Positions 19,156 through 28,824 of a stretch of DNA of 64,000 nucleotides are shown in pieces. Below the pieces are notes generated by a model. That model searched no databases and was not told the DNA's origin. It saw only the letters and a program-made list of their open reading frames with translations. Both the position numbers and the translations under genes were made by a program. The DNA comes from an uncultured Mycoplasma sp. (GTDB lineage: Bacteria; Bacillota_I; Bacilli_A; RF39; UBA660), in NCBI GenBank assembly GCA_964616405.1, contig CAZTRE010000004.1, forward strand, positions 1-64,000, written 5' to 3'. Each line of letters starts with the position of its first letter. Within the stretch, counting starts at the first letter, position 1.

Positions 19156-19800
19156 CTATTTTTTTATATACGTTAATCTTACAATGTCATAAAGTTTATT
19201 GTGCTTTTCGGAATAGTTTTTTTCAATATCATTTTTAATTTTCATATATTTCTCATAAAATGACAAATCATCCTTCTTGAAAAGCTCTTCATAAAGAAAT
19301 GTTAATTTATCAATATTGTTTTCTTCATATATGTTGTCCATTTCTTTCAATAAGTAGCGTTTCTTTTTTATTTCTTGTCTAGTTAAGAATTGTTCTATTG
19401 AATATTTACTTAATACTTTATATTCAATGGTTTCTTCATTCAAATCACTTGCCTCTTCTAATAAATCTTCTTCTTCATCTAAAAGCAAGGAACTCTTGCC
19501 AATTATTTTGCCAGTACTATTAAATTCTAAGGCAATAACCTTGTTTAAGTCCGATACAAGGGTGGCATACTCTAAATTTTTTGTTTTTTTATATAGAGAT
19601 GTTTCTCCTTTTATTTTTTCTAGTAAGTCACTTGATACGCAAACTTTTTTATTTAGTAAATCATTTAAAGTTTTAGTAGATACTCTTAATAAAGGAATTC
19701 TTTTAACGTGTTCAGGATAATCTTTATCATCCCATTCAAAGAATTCAATTAATCTTTCTTCATCAGTAAAATTTAATAATACATCATAAATATATGTCAT
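19156..19800 (-). CDS. hypothetical protein
   Basis: 214-aa ORF that is ATGA-coupled to the upstream small membrane ORF. No family recognised. Confidence 0.5.
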   Translation of the reverse strand: MTYIYDVLLNFTDEERLIEFFEWDDKDYPEHVKRIPLLRVSTKTLNDLLNKKVCVSSDLLEKIKGETSLYKKTKNLEYATLVSDLNKVIALEFNSTGKIIGKSSLLLDEEEDLLEEASDLNEETIEYKVLSKYSIEQFLTRQEIKKKRYLLKEMDNIYEENNIDKLTFLYEELFKKDDLSFYEKYMKIKNDIEKNYSEKHNKLYDIVRLTYIKK

Positions 19801-20009
19801 TTTAGTTTTTCCTTTCTAATTACCAATCCAATTATTACTAGTAATATTCCGAGAGGGAGAAGATATCCTCCACCATATGTAAATAGAAATATTAAATATT
19901 CTTTAATAGTATAACCAAAAGAAAATAAATTAATGTATACGATTGTATAAATCAGTCCATAAACCATTAAAATATAGCCAATTATTAAAAATAATAGTTT
20001 TATTATCAT
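19797..20009 (-). CDS. small two-pass membrane protein
   Basis: 70 aa, almost entirely hydrophobic. Its TGA stop overlaps the ATG of the next gene. Confidence 0.45.
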   Translation of the reverse strand: MIIKLLFLIIGYILMVYGLIYTIVYINLFSFGYTIKEYLIFLFTYGGGYLLPLGILLVIIGLVIRKEKLK

Positions 20010-20042
20010 AATTTACTTTATGTACTTTAACAATTTTATATA

Positions 20043-20071
20043 CAAAAAAGAAAGTCTTAATTTGACTTTCT
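20043..20071 (-). terminator. intrinsic terminator after rmuC
   Basis: The minus-strand RNA reads AGAAAGUC-aaauuaa-GACUUUCU followed by UUUUU, directly after the stop at 20073. Confidence 0.7.
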
Positions 20072-20072
20072 A

Positions 20073-21155
20073 TTAATTACTATCTATTTGTTTGACTACT
20101 TCGACGTCTACTTTGTTGATAGCTTCAAATTTTTTAGTTATTTTATCAGTTGTAATGGTTACATTTTCAACATCTTTATTAACTGTTTGAATACTTTTCG
20201 CAAGTTTATCCCAACGTTCTTTATATCTTGCAAATTCTAAACCAAGTTTATTTAATTCTTCATGGATTATTGATGTATATTTATCTCGTTCCATATTTTT
20301 GATAATCATTTCTACGACTGTTAATGTGGAAATTAGAGTCGTTGGAGAAGTGATCCAAACACGTTTTCTATATGCATAGTTTATGATATCTTGATGATAT
20401 GCGTTTACTTCAGCAAATATTGCTTCTGCTGGTAGAAAAAGAATGGCTTGATCAGCTGTTTCTCCTGGAATAATGTATTTACTACTAATAGCATCTATGT
20501 GTTTTTTCATATCTTGTTTAAACATTTTTTCATAGTTATCACGCATATCTGGTGATAATTTTTTATCAACCATTAACTGATAATGTTCTAATGGAAACTT
20601 AGAATCAATGGCAATAGTTCCTAAAGGTTCTGGAGCAAAAACTACAGAATCAGCAATTACACCAGTTGACAGGGTGTATTGTAGTTTGAAGATGTTATCA
20701 TTTTTCTCTCCAAAGACACTAGTTAAAATATGTTTTAAATTTACTTCTCCAAAAATACCTCTAGTCTTTTTATCTGTTAAAATACTTTGAAGACTGACGA
20801 TATCAGTTGATAGAGTCTCTATTTTCTTTTGAGCTTCATCAATTTTAGATAATCTTTCAATAACACTCATGAATGTTTTATTGGTTTTTTCAAAGTTCTC
20901 ATCTAGACGGGTATTTACTTTCTCGTTGATAGCAAGTAATCGTTTTTCTAACTGTTCATTTAAATCTTGGAAATCTTTATTTATGTTTCGACTTAAATCT
21001 GCTTTAAAATCTCCCATTTCTTTTGTAATACTCACCTCAAGTTTTCCTAATCGTTCAGTTATATTGCTTTCATTGATATTTTTAAATAAAGAAAGCACAC
21101 CTATAATAAGTATTAATATTAATAAAATTATAATTATGTAATCCATTGTATACAC
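20073..21155 (-). CDS. rmuC: DNA recombination protein RmuC
   Basis: N-terminal TM helix, a long coiled coil and a C-terminal RmuC domain (GTIAIDSKFPLEHY, ILFLPAEAIFAE, VWITSPTTL). Confidence 0.8.
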   Translation of the reverse strand: MYTMDYIIIILLILILIIGVLSLFKNINESNITERLGKLEVSITKEMGDFKADLSRNINKDFQDLNEQLEKRLLAINEKVNTRLDENFEKTNKTFMSVIERLSKIDEAQKKIETLSTDIVSLQSILTDKKTRGIFGEVNLKHILTSVFGEKNDNIFKLQYTLSTGVIADSVVFAPEPLGTIAIDSKFPLEHYQLMVDKKLSPDMRDNYEKMFKQDMKKHIDAISSKYIIPGETADQAILFLPAEAIFAEVNAYHQDIINYAYRKRVWITSPTTLISTLTVVEMIIKNMERDKYTSIIHEELNKLGLEFARYKERWDKLAKSIQTVNKDVENVTITTDKITKKFEAINKVDVEVVKQIDSN

Positions 21156-21164
21156 CTTCTCTTT

Positions 21165-21743
21165 CTATTCTATTTTGAATTCTTTAGATATAAATTTAGT
21201 GATATAATACGCTATTATTAATATAATAGTAATAAAAATTATGGCCTTAAAATTAGTTAGGCTTTCAATAAAGCTTTTACCAATATAGGCCCAAAATGTG
21301 ACCATAAATATCTTTCCTATTAATAAGGCAGTAAGATATTTTTTCTTGGATATTCCTGTTACACCAGCAAGTAAATTTATAAAACAAGATGGCGTAAATG
21401 GTAATGTTATTAGTAATACGAGATTGGTTATTGGTATTTTTTTAAAATTTGCAGTCTTTTTTAATATTTTATCTTTAGTTTTTTCTTGAACGATTTTAAA
21501 TACTAAGTTATTTGAAAGATAATAAAAAAATAAGTATGTTAGGCTGCTGCCTAGAATTGTGGCTATCCAAGATAGTAATATACCTGGGAGGAATCCAAAG
21601 GCATTTACGTTTAGAGTAACGAAGGCCCCTAGGGGAAGAATTGGAAGAAATGATTCTACTAATATTAGAAAAAATCCTACTAGCCAACCACCATTTGCGA
21701 TTAAAGAAGTTGCTGTTTCAATTAATTCGCTTAGTGTTGCCAT
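21165..21743 (-). CDS. DedA / TVP38-TMEM64 family membrane protein
   Basis: 192 aa and multi-pass, with the SNARE-associated pattern LLITLPFTPSCFINLLAGVTGIS. Confidence 0.65.
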   Translation of the reverse strand: MATLSELIETATSLIANGGWLVGFFLILVESFLPILPLGAFVTLNVNAFGFLPGILLSWIATILGSSLTYLFFYYLSNNLVFKIVQEKTKDKILKKTANFKKIPITNLVLLITLPFTPSCFINLLAGVTGISKKKYLTALLIGKIFMVTFWAYIGKSFIESLTNFKAIIFITIILIIAYYITKFISKEFKIE

Positions 21744-21776
21744 ACAATCACCTTCTTGTTTTATTATAGTATAATT

Positions 21777-22073
21777 CTATTTCCTTAACAAGTAATTATT
21801 AAATCCACCAGTAATGTTTACAGTTTTATATCCTTGAGCATTTAAGCGATTTACTAAGTTTTGACTTGATGTTCCTGATTGACAGTAAATATAGTATATT
21901 TGATTTTTATCTAAATATTTTTCAGGGGATATTCTAAGTAATGTTGGGGAAATATTTTTAGCTGTTGGAATTCGATTTAACTGATATTCATAGTTCGTTC
22001 TAATATCTAATATATTTAAAGGTTTATTAGAATATAACATATTTAGTAATTCTTCAATCTCTATGCTCTTCAT
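21777..22073 (-). CDS. rhodanese-like domain protein
   Basis: 98 aa with the active-site loop IYCQSGTSSQ and the pattern LNILDIRTNYEY. Confidence 0.8.
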   Translation of the reverse strand: MKSIEIEELLNMLYSNKPLNILDIRTNYEYQLNRIPTAKNISPTLLRISPEKYLDKNQIYYIYCQSGTSSQNLVNRLNAQGYKTVNITGGFNNYLLRK

Positions 22074-22096
22074 TTTTTCACCTCCAGTATATTAGA

Positions 22097-22127
22097 TGAA
22101 AAAAAAGAATCTAGGTTATAGATTCTT
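22097..22127 (-). terminator. strong intrinsic terminator closing the Tad/T4SS cluster
   Basis: The minus-strand RNA reads AAGAAUCUA-uaacc-UAGAUUCUU followed by a U-run. The 5' arm overlaps the stop codon at 22126-22128. Confidence 0.75.
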
Positions 22128-23373
22128 ATTTAACTAAGTATGGATCTTCTTCAGTACCGGTACCACTCTTGTACATAACTTCTGAGTTTAAATAAACTAC
22201 TGGTCTAACTCTAGCATACATCATAGCTTTTTTATCAATAAGACCATTGCCAGCATCAACCATATATGCATCTGATGAAGTAGAAGCAACAGCGGTAGCT
22301 GTCCACCAACTATAATTTGATATTAAGTAATTGTAATTTTGACATGATGGGCTTGATGGGTTAGTACAATTTTGGTCAATACTAGCATTCATAAAATCAG
22401 CCACTGTTAGTAAACTAATTTGTTGGTTTCTCATGACTTCTTTACATTCAACAGCTTGTTCTGCTCCAGATTGAGTAAGTCCACGTTTAGCAACACACGT
22501 ATTATGAGAAACAATTCTACCCTTATCTTTATCACTTAGTAAATTCTTAGTAATAGTTTCATCTTTTGTACTATATAGTTCTGATAATTTTTCCCTAATT
22601 CTACTTGAAGAATAATTATTTATACCAGCACTATAATTAGTATCTTGATTAAATCTATCGTCCCATGGAACTAAAATATTTAATGGCTCTGCCATAACAA
22701 GAACTAAATTATTAGAGGAATTTATTTTTACAATTCTCCATAGAGCACTATCTAATTGAACATAATTATTAACTTGTTCTCCACGGAAAACATAATTTCC
22801 ATCTTTATTGTATAACCCATAACCAGAACTTACAATTTTATTATCATCTCTAACTACTTTATATAAAGCTTTAGAGGAATATGATTCACCACAATCTAAT
22901 TTTGGAATATAGATATAGTTTGAACCAGCCTTTTGAACTCTTACAGATCCAGTACATAATGAATTAGTATACTTTGAAAGATCTTTCATTTTTCCTTCGG
23001 CAACTAAAACTGAGACATCTACTGTTTGAGAATTTCCATCATTTTTAGGAAGACTCTCTTTGTGATCTGCAAAGTAAGATTCAGCTGCATTTGCCATAAT
23101 CGTTTCTATTTCTTCATAAGTTTTTTTACCACCAAAAAGTGAAGTAATAAAGACTATTAACAATATACCTATAATAATGACTATGATTACGGTAAACATT
23201 ATTTTTATTAATTTAGCTTTGTCTTTTTCCCTATTTGAACCACTACTTTTATTACTACCAGAATCACTTGAAAAAGAATTATCTGTATCATATTCTTCTT
23301 CAAGATCATTCATTTCTTCAGTAATGATTTCTTTTCCTGTATTTTTATCTACATTAAAATTCATCTTATCCAT
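22126..23373 (-). CDS. membrane-anchored surface protein, paralogous in two modules to 44459-46261
   Basis: N-terminal Ser/Asp-rich region, then one TM helix (IMFTVIIVIIIGILLIVFITSLF). The membrane-proximal module has the pattern E..A..Y......LP...V....L....C...V.V...Y.Y...L.CG. The C-terminus ARVRPVVYLNSEVMYKSGTGTEEDPYLV matches YGVRPVLTIKGSSLLKGGAGTAENPYTF in the 600-aa protein. Confidence 0.6.
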   Translation of the reverse strand: MDKMNFNVDKNTGKEIITEEMNDLEEEYDTDNSFSSDSGSNKSSGSNREKDKAKLIKIMFTVIIVIIIGILLIVFITSLFGGKKTYEEIETIMANAAESYFADHKESLPKNDGNSQTVDVSVLVAEGKMKDLSKYTNSLCTGSVRVQKAGSNYIYIPKLDCGESYSSKALYKVVRDDNKIVSSGYGLYNKDGNYVFRGEQVNNYVQLDSALWRIVKINSSNNLVLVMAEPLNILVPWDDRFNQDTNYSAGINNYSSSRIREKLSELYSTKDETITKNLLSDKDKGRIVSHNTCVAKRGLTQSGAEQAVECKEVMRNQQISLLTVADFMNASIDQNCTNPSSPSCQNYNYLISNYSWWTATAVASTSSDAYMVDAGNGLIDKKAMMYARVRPVVYLNSEVMYKSGTGTEEDPYLVK

Positions 23374-23390
23374 ATGTATATCTCCTTTTA

Positions 23391-25697
23391 TTAATTATCG
23401 AAAAAATCATCAAAGAAGTCATCATCATTATCATCATCTGTTAAAGTTAAATTAGTTGTGGTTTTTGGTACTTCTTTAGTTACATTTTCTATCTTTTCTT
23501 CTAAAGGTTTAGTTGGTTGTTTTGGTGTCGCAACTGGTTTTGGTGTCGCAACTGGTTTTGGTGTTGCTGGCTCTGACTTATCTTTTGCTTTTCTTTCCTC
23601 TTCCTCAAGTTCAGCAATTTTAGCATCAATTTTCTTAACTAATTCGTCAACATCAAATCCTAAATCATCATCCTCAGGCTTAGGTTGTGGTTTTGGTGGT
23701 TGCATTGGTGAGTGAGGAGGGAACATTTGCATAGGTGGAAATTCATTATATGATTCAGTATGTGCGGTTTTTCCACGAGATGGCCCTTCCATTCTTGGTG
23801 CACCACCCATTACTCTTCTTTCTTCGCGAGCGTATGGGTCACGAGTTAGAAAATCAGGATAACGCATTTGACTTTCTGCCGGTCTATCAAATGGCAATGG
23901 AGGTTTTCTCATGAAATCGGTTGGATTCATATTTGGAACAGAATCTTTCTTTGCCGGTTCTTGATTTGAACTATTCATCATTTCAAGTAACTTTTTCTTC
24001 TTTTGTTCTTTTACAAATTCTTTAATATCAAAAGTTGCAACCGAACGCTTTTTACGAGTTGGGTATTTGGCAGTTGGATACTTCTTTCCCCAATCTAATT
24101 GATGATTTGGTATAAGTTTTGTTTTAAATGGTTGCTTACGCATACGAAGAATTATTGTTTCGTAAAGCTTCATACGTTGTAAGTCTGATACAGTTACTAG
24201 TGGAGTTGACGCTGTTTTGTCATCCTTTTTAGATTTTACTTCCCCACACATTTTGGATATTTCTTCTAACGCTTTAAGTTCCGTTGTAATAAGATAAATA
24301 ATGTTACCACAGTTACCACGAATAGTTTCGGCATCTTCTTTACCATACACTGAATCTAGTTGGGCAAAGTTCTGAATAATCATTGTAAATCTAATTCCAC
24401 GTGAACGAGCAGCGGTGATCATTGTAGTTACATCTTTTAGAGGTGGCATATTGGCAAACTCATCAAGAATGAAATTTGTACGAACTGGTAATTTCCCACC
24501 GTGTCTTTGAGCAACTGAAATTAATGTTTCATAAATCTGTTTTAAAAGAATAGTTACTAATGAGTGATATGTCTTTTTTTCATCTTGGATTACGATGAAA
24601 ACAGCTGTAGGTTTTTTACCAATACTTTCTAAGTCAATATCACTATAAGATAACATTTCACTTAAATTATCACGAGAGGCAAATAACTTAACTTTTTGTT
24701 TAAATACGGATAAAATACTTCCCTTTGTTTCTGTTGGGGCCATAATGGTTGAAGATGCATTGATAGCTGCTGCGCTAGCAGGATCTTTTCCAGAAAAGTA
24801 TTCTTTAATATAAGTAGAGCCACCAAACTTTTCCTCTCCAACTGTTGTAGCTAATGAAATACTATTAATATTAATTTCTTCTTCTTTAGCATCTTCAAAT
24901 AAACCTAATGCCACACCTGAGAAGTAGTCAGCAGATGTTTTTTCCCAGAATGGATCAGCATTTTTATTTGATTCGTCATACAAGATATTTAATGCTAAGT
25001 CGTCTAATAACTCTATGGCCTTATCTTGTTGGCCAGATTTATACATTTTATATGGTAAAGACATTGGATTCCAAGCGTTACCATTTTGAGGATCACGGAA
25101 GTTCAATAGTAATATTTGATAGCCACGAGCACGTAACATATTACTAGTTGTTTCATAGATTTCACCTTTAGGGTCGGCAATAATCATGGATTCTTTTGCT
25201 TTTGCTAAACTATGAACCTGTGGAAGTACTATTCCTTGAGTTTTTCCGGAACCAGTGGCTCCGATTACCAATGAGTGATATTCACTATTATCTACCCACA
25301 TTTCTTTATCGTTTAAGATTATTGGTATTCCAGCAGCTTTAGAGGAACGTTGTTGGATTTCTACTCGTTCAAGTTCTTCCTTAATTTCCTTTTCTTTGGC
25401 CCAACGAGAGTACCCTTTATCTTTTTTATCTGTTGCTATTCCGAAACCTTTTTCTCTTTCAAAAAAGTATGAACTGACACTAACAAATAAACCACCTAGT
25501 GCGAATATATAGAATACCATTGTTGGGAAAATATAATCAGGTCCAAAAGCAGGAAATGGATTTAATCCAGAAAAAGTTCCTTCTGAAGCGAATGTCGATA
25601 AATTAACAACAGCAATAGCAACTATGTAAAGTAAGGCTAAGGCAAAAAGTCCAAATATTAACCAATCTTCTTTGTCTGCACGTAATTTAAATTTCAT
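23391..25697 (-). CDS. type IV coupling protein (VirD4/TraG family ATPase)
   Basis: Two N-terminal TM helices, Walker A VIGATGSGKTQG and a Walker B region NFILDEFANMP. 768 aa. The C-terminal tail is Pro-rich and repetitive and ends in DDDNDDDFFDDFFDN. Confidence 0.85.
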   Translation of the reverse strand: MKFKLRADKEDWLIFGLFALALLYIVAIAVVNLSTFASEGTFSGLNPFPAFGPDYIFPTMVFYIFALGGLFVSVSSYFFEREKGFGIATDKKDKGYSRWAKEKEIKEELERVEIQQRSSKAAGIPIILNDKEMWVDNSEYHSLVIGATGSGKTQGIVLPQVHSLAKAKESMIIADPKGEIYETTSNMLRARGYQILLLNFRDPQNGNAWNPMSLPYKMYKSGQQDKAIELLDDLALNILYDESNKNADPFWEKTSADYFSGVALGLFEDAKEEEININSISLATTVGEEKFGGSTYIKEYFSGKDPASAAAINASSTIMAPTETKGSILSVFKQKVKLFASRDNLSEMLSYSDIDLESIGKKPTAVFIVIQDEKKTYHSLVTILLKQIYETLISVAQRHGGKLPVRTNFILDEFANMPPLKDVTTMITAARSRGIRFTMIIQNFAQLDSVYGKEDAETIRGNCGNIIYLITTELKALEEISKMCGEVKSKKDDKTASTPLVTVSDLQRMKLYETIILRMRKQPFKTKLIPNHQLDWGKKYPTAKYPTRKKRSVATFDIKEFVKEQKKKKLLEMMNSSNQEPAKKDSVPNMNPTDFMRKPPLPFDRPAESQMRYPDFLTRDPYAREERRVMGGAPRMEGPSRGKTAHTESYNEFPPMQMFPPHSPMQPPKPQPKPEDDDLGFDVDELVKKIDAKIAELEEEERKAKDKSEPATPKPVATPKPVATPKQPTKPLEEKIENVTKEVPKTTTNLTLTDDDNDDDFFDDFFDN
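23520..23570. repeat. 18-bp tandem repeat (2 perfect copies and a degenerate third) inside the coupling-protein gene
   Basis: TTTTGGTGTCGCAACTGG occurs at 23520-23537 and 23538-23555, followed by TTTTGGTGTTGCTGG. It encodes the PKPVAT repeats ATPKPVATPKPVATPK. Confidence 0.9.
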
Positions 25698-25748
25698 ATT
25701 ACTACTTCCTTTCTTTTTTTATTATAACCTAACTTTTTAAAAAAGTCA

Positions 25749-26531
25749 TTATTGATTTGAAATCAGTAAATTAAATTCATTACCATTAAACTTGTACAAC
25801 ATATCTATTGGTTTGTTAACACTATACCTTCCACAGCTGACAACTAATTCATATGTATTATCTGTATCTATATCCATAATAGCACTTAAGTATGGTTTAC
25901 AACCATTTGTACCAAAGTTTTTATCAACATCTGTATAAATTTTGTATATCTTATTATCTTTTACCATAAAGACAAAGGTAAATACTTTATCTGGTGTAAA
26001 GTCTAAGGCAAAGGCATTACTTACAAAATATAATGTCTCTTTTTTGCCATCTTTATCAATATCAATTGATACTTCTTGTGATACTGTGTATTTTGATGAT
26101 GTACTTATGCCATTTTCTTGAAGTACTTTATTTACATGATAGTAATTTCTAATATCTTTTAATTGAAAAGAGCTGACTTTTATATCATAATTGGAACGGA
26201 AAGCTAAGATACTACCATCTTTATTTATAGCTTTTTTATTCTCATCAAACATATACCATTTGCTACCATCATTCCAAAGATAAACTTCTCCAAATTCTTT
26301 ACCATCTAAAAACACTTTATAATCTAACCAATTTATACTATCAATTGTTTTGGGATTTGTGATATTTAGCCATTGTTTATCTGAATAGTTCCAAATAGTA
26401 CTATTTCCAACTATAATTGTAGTTGAGTCTTTGCTTTTAGCAAGATTATCTTTTCCAAAAGCAAAATACATTCCTATTGTAAAAACTATTAAAATTATTA
26501 ATAGCACGTAATATCTTGTTTTCTTTTTCAT
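25749..26531 (-). CDS. membrane-anchored extracellular protein, possible T4SS scaffold (VirB8/TcpC-position)
   Basis: N-terminal TM helix (YYVLLIILIVFTIGMYFAF) and an exported domain of about 230 aa. The functional guess rests only on its position between the hydrolase and the coupling protein. Confidence 0.3.
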   Translation of the reverse strand: MKKKTRYYVLLIILIVFTIGMYFAFGKDNLAKSKDSTTIIVGNSTIWNYSDKQWLNITNPKTIDSINWLDYKVFLDGKEFGEVYLWNDGSKWYMFDENKKAINKDGSILAFRSNYDIKVSSFQLKDIRNYYHVNKVLQENGISTSSKYTVSQEVSIDIDKDGKKETLYFVSNAFALDFTPDKVFTFVFMVKDNKIYKIYTDVDKNFGTNGCKPYLSAIMDIDTDNTYELVVSCGRYSVNKPIDMLYKFNGNEFNLLISNQ

Positions 26532-26534
26532 ATA

Positions 26535-28796
26535 TTATTTCTCCACTTTAAAGCATGCAAATCTACTAGTATTTTGCCAAGGATACTCGGCCCACATATC
26601 AGTTGCAGTACTACCAGGATCCATCATTATAATAGATGAACCAGATATTGTATCAACGGCAACCCAGTGTTGACCAGTATTACCTTTAACTTCAGCAGTT
26701 ACGTAGCAACCATTATTTATAAGTTCCGTAACGGCATTTAATTTTTGTTGTCTTCCATAACCAGAAACATTATAGGACATCTGATATTTAAATCTTGGGG
26801 CAGCAAGTGAGGCTGATGCCCAGACAAAATTTCCTCCACTAACGAATCCACCATGGTTACTTAAATATTCAACGAATGTTCCTGGGTTAAAATCTGGAAT
26901 AACAGTTTCTACTCCACTCTTAGCAATTAAAATAGATACTGATGTTGCAAGACAACCAATTTGTTTAATCGTTTTACCACTATTTCCTAAATATACTCCT
27001 ATCCATGGGCCTTCATATTGTTTCCAAGTAGCAAATGGTCCAGTTGAGGCATTTCCACAGGAAGCTGAACCAGATGTATTACAAGCCATTTTCTGGATAT
27101 CTGCAGCACCATAAGGCCTAGATGAAGAATTATATACTTCTAATAGTATTTGTTTATAATTCATTCCAGAATTGGCATAATTTGTAAATTTATTAGATTC
27201 AGTTGATAAATAACCTGCTGAAATAATATATCCTTCGGAGTTAACTAATACTTCTCCTTCGGTAGCTGCAGCTGCTGTACGTAATTGGTGATCAGCTGCT
27301 AAGGCATCTCTAGTTCTTACCGCTCCATTAACACGGCCACTTCGAATAAAACCACCTTGACCATCTCCACCGCCCATGTAGGAACATCCTTCATTAATAT
27401 TACAAAAGGCTTGATCAGCTACACATGAGGAGATTTGTAAAACCCATTGAGTTCCTTCTTGTTCTAATTTTTTTCCGGCACTATTGCCCATAGCTGTTGG
27501 TCTAGCTAAAGCAAAGCTTCTGGCTGCTACCATCTGAGCTTTTAAGGCCTCCGTTGGTGCATATGAACCAATTTCAGCATTAGCGACTCCGGCAACATAC
27601 TCTTCAAAAGCTACCATATCTTGGTCAATCGGTTTGTTATAACTTCCATTTCCATATGGAGAGCCACATTCCATTAATCTAACCATTAAATTAGATATTT
27701 GCATTGGTTTGGAAACATTTCCAGCTCCAGGTATATAAAAACCTTTAATATTATACATACATGAACCACTAGCTGCACAATTAAGTGATGAATCCCCACC
27801 TATAAAACTATAGTATCTATCAATATAATCAAATACATCTTCAACTAATTGTTCACGGGAAGATTTTGAATAAAGTGGGAAATATCTTAAGAAAATTTTA
27901 TTAGTCAAATTGTCTTTAAATGTTTGTTCACTATACATATTTCCATTAAACATAGCGTTAGCAATATACTCAATAACTGATTTTTTCATAAAATTATAAT
28001 CATAATCATTATTATGAGTATTCATTACATGATATACTGCGGCTATTTTTAAAGCATCTACTGTTTTTCCATTGGCTTGGAAAGATAGTTTTACTTCATT
28101 AATTCTTTGATAAAATTTAGCTGCGTCTTCACTGCTGGCATCAAAGATAATTTCTCCTGTTTCATTACCGGAAATTGAACTAGCACCTAAAGCATCATTA
28201 AATTCACTTACGCCACCACCTATGGATGTTATAATTGCCATAAATAGAAATAATATTCCCACAACTGGTACAACGATCGTTAATACTTTTTTAGTATCAA
28301 ATGTTCCCTTTAACATAGCTTGAATGTCGAACTCTTGATTATCTTCTGGTTCAACTTCTTCGTTTATATCACCAAAAAAACTTGAAGGCTTATTATTACC
28401 TCCAAATCCTCCTAAATTACCAAGTCCACCCAAAGCATTAGTTGACTGAGAAGCATCCGTTGCAGATGGAGTGCCTGAGGCTTTATTATATGCTGCAGCG
28501 GCTTTGCCCAACTTATCTGTCATTCCACTTTCATTCATCTGGTTAATCTTTTTTTGTAATTGATTACCATTTGGCATTGTCTTGGCTGTTCTGCCTAAGG
28601 CTTTTCCTAAAGCTTCAGAGCTTTTTCCCTTGGTAACTTTATCTGCAGCTTTTACTGCGGCTCCGGCTGCCATAGCATAAGGATTCTTTGAGGCCATGGC
28701 AACATCGGCTGCATTTTTAACTGTATTTGTATTGTTTACATTATTACGTTCTTTTTGAGACATTTGGTCGTTGCCTCTTTTTGCTTCATATGCCAA
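26535..28796 (-). CDS. T4SS-associated cell-wall hydrolase with a SpoIID-like domain and a C-terminal papain-like cysteine peptidase domain
   Basis: TTG start with AAGGTGGTG 5 nt upstream. A disordered N-terminal region of about 170 aa is followed by one TM helix. The SpoIID/LytB-like block is FEEYVAGVANAEIGSYAPTEALKAQMVAARSFAL...ATEGEVLV. The C-terminal Cys/His pair is KQIGCLATSVSIL ... TGQHWVAVD. Confidence 0.7.
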   Translation of the reverse strand: MAYEAKRGNDQMSQKERNNVNNTNTVKNAADVAMASKNPYAMAAGAAVKAADKVTKGKSSEALGKALGRTAKTMPNGNQLQKKINQMNESGMTDKLGKAAAAYNKASGTPSATDASQSTNALGGLGNLGGFGGNNKPSSFFGDINEEVEPEDNQEFDIQAMLKGTFDTKKVLTIVVPVVGILFLFMAIITSIGGGVSEFNDALGASSISGNETGEIIFDASSEDAAKFYQRINEVKLSFQANGKTVDALKIAAVYHVMNTHNNDYDYNFMKKSVIEYIANAMFNGNMYSEQTFKDNLTNKIFLRYFPLYSKSSREQLVEDVFDYIDRYYSFIGGDSSLNCAASGSCMYNIKGFYIPGAGNVSKPMQISNLMVRLMECGSPYGNGSYNKPIDQDMVAFEEYVAGVANAEIGSYAPTEALKAQMVAARSFALARPTAMGNSAGKKLEQEGTQWVLQISSCVADQAFCNINEGCSYMGGGDGQGGFIRSGRVNGAVRTRDALAADHQLRTAAAATEGEVLVNSEGYIISAGYLSTESNKFTNYANSGMNYKQILLEVYNSSSRPYGAADIQKMACNTSGSASCGNASTGPFATWKQYEGPWIGVYLGNSGKTIKQIGCLATSVSILIAKSGVETVIPDFNPGTFVEYLSNHGGFVSGGNFVWASASLAAPRFKYQMSYNVSGYGRQQKLNAVTELINNGCYVTAEVKGNTGQHWVAVDTISGSSIIMMDPGSTATDMWAEYPWQNTSRFACFKVEK

Positions 28797-28824
28797 TGTA
28801 CCACCACCTTACTTCTATACTAAA

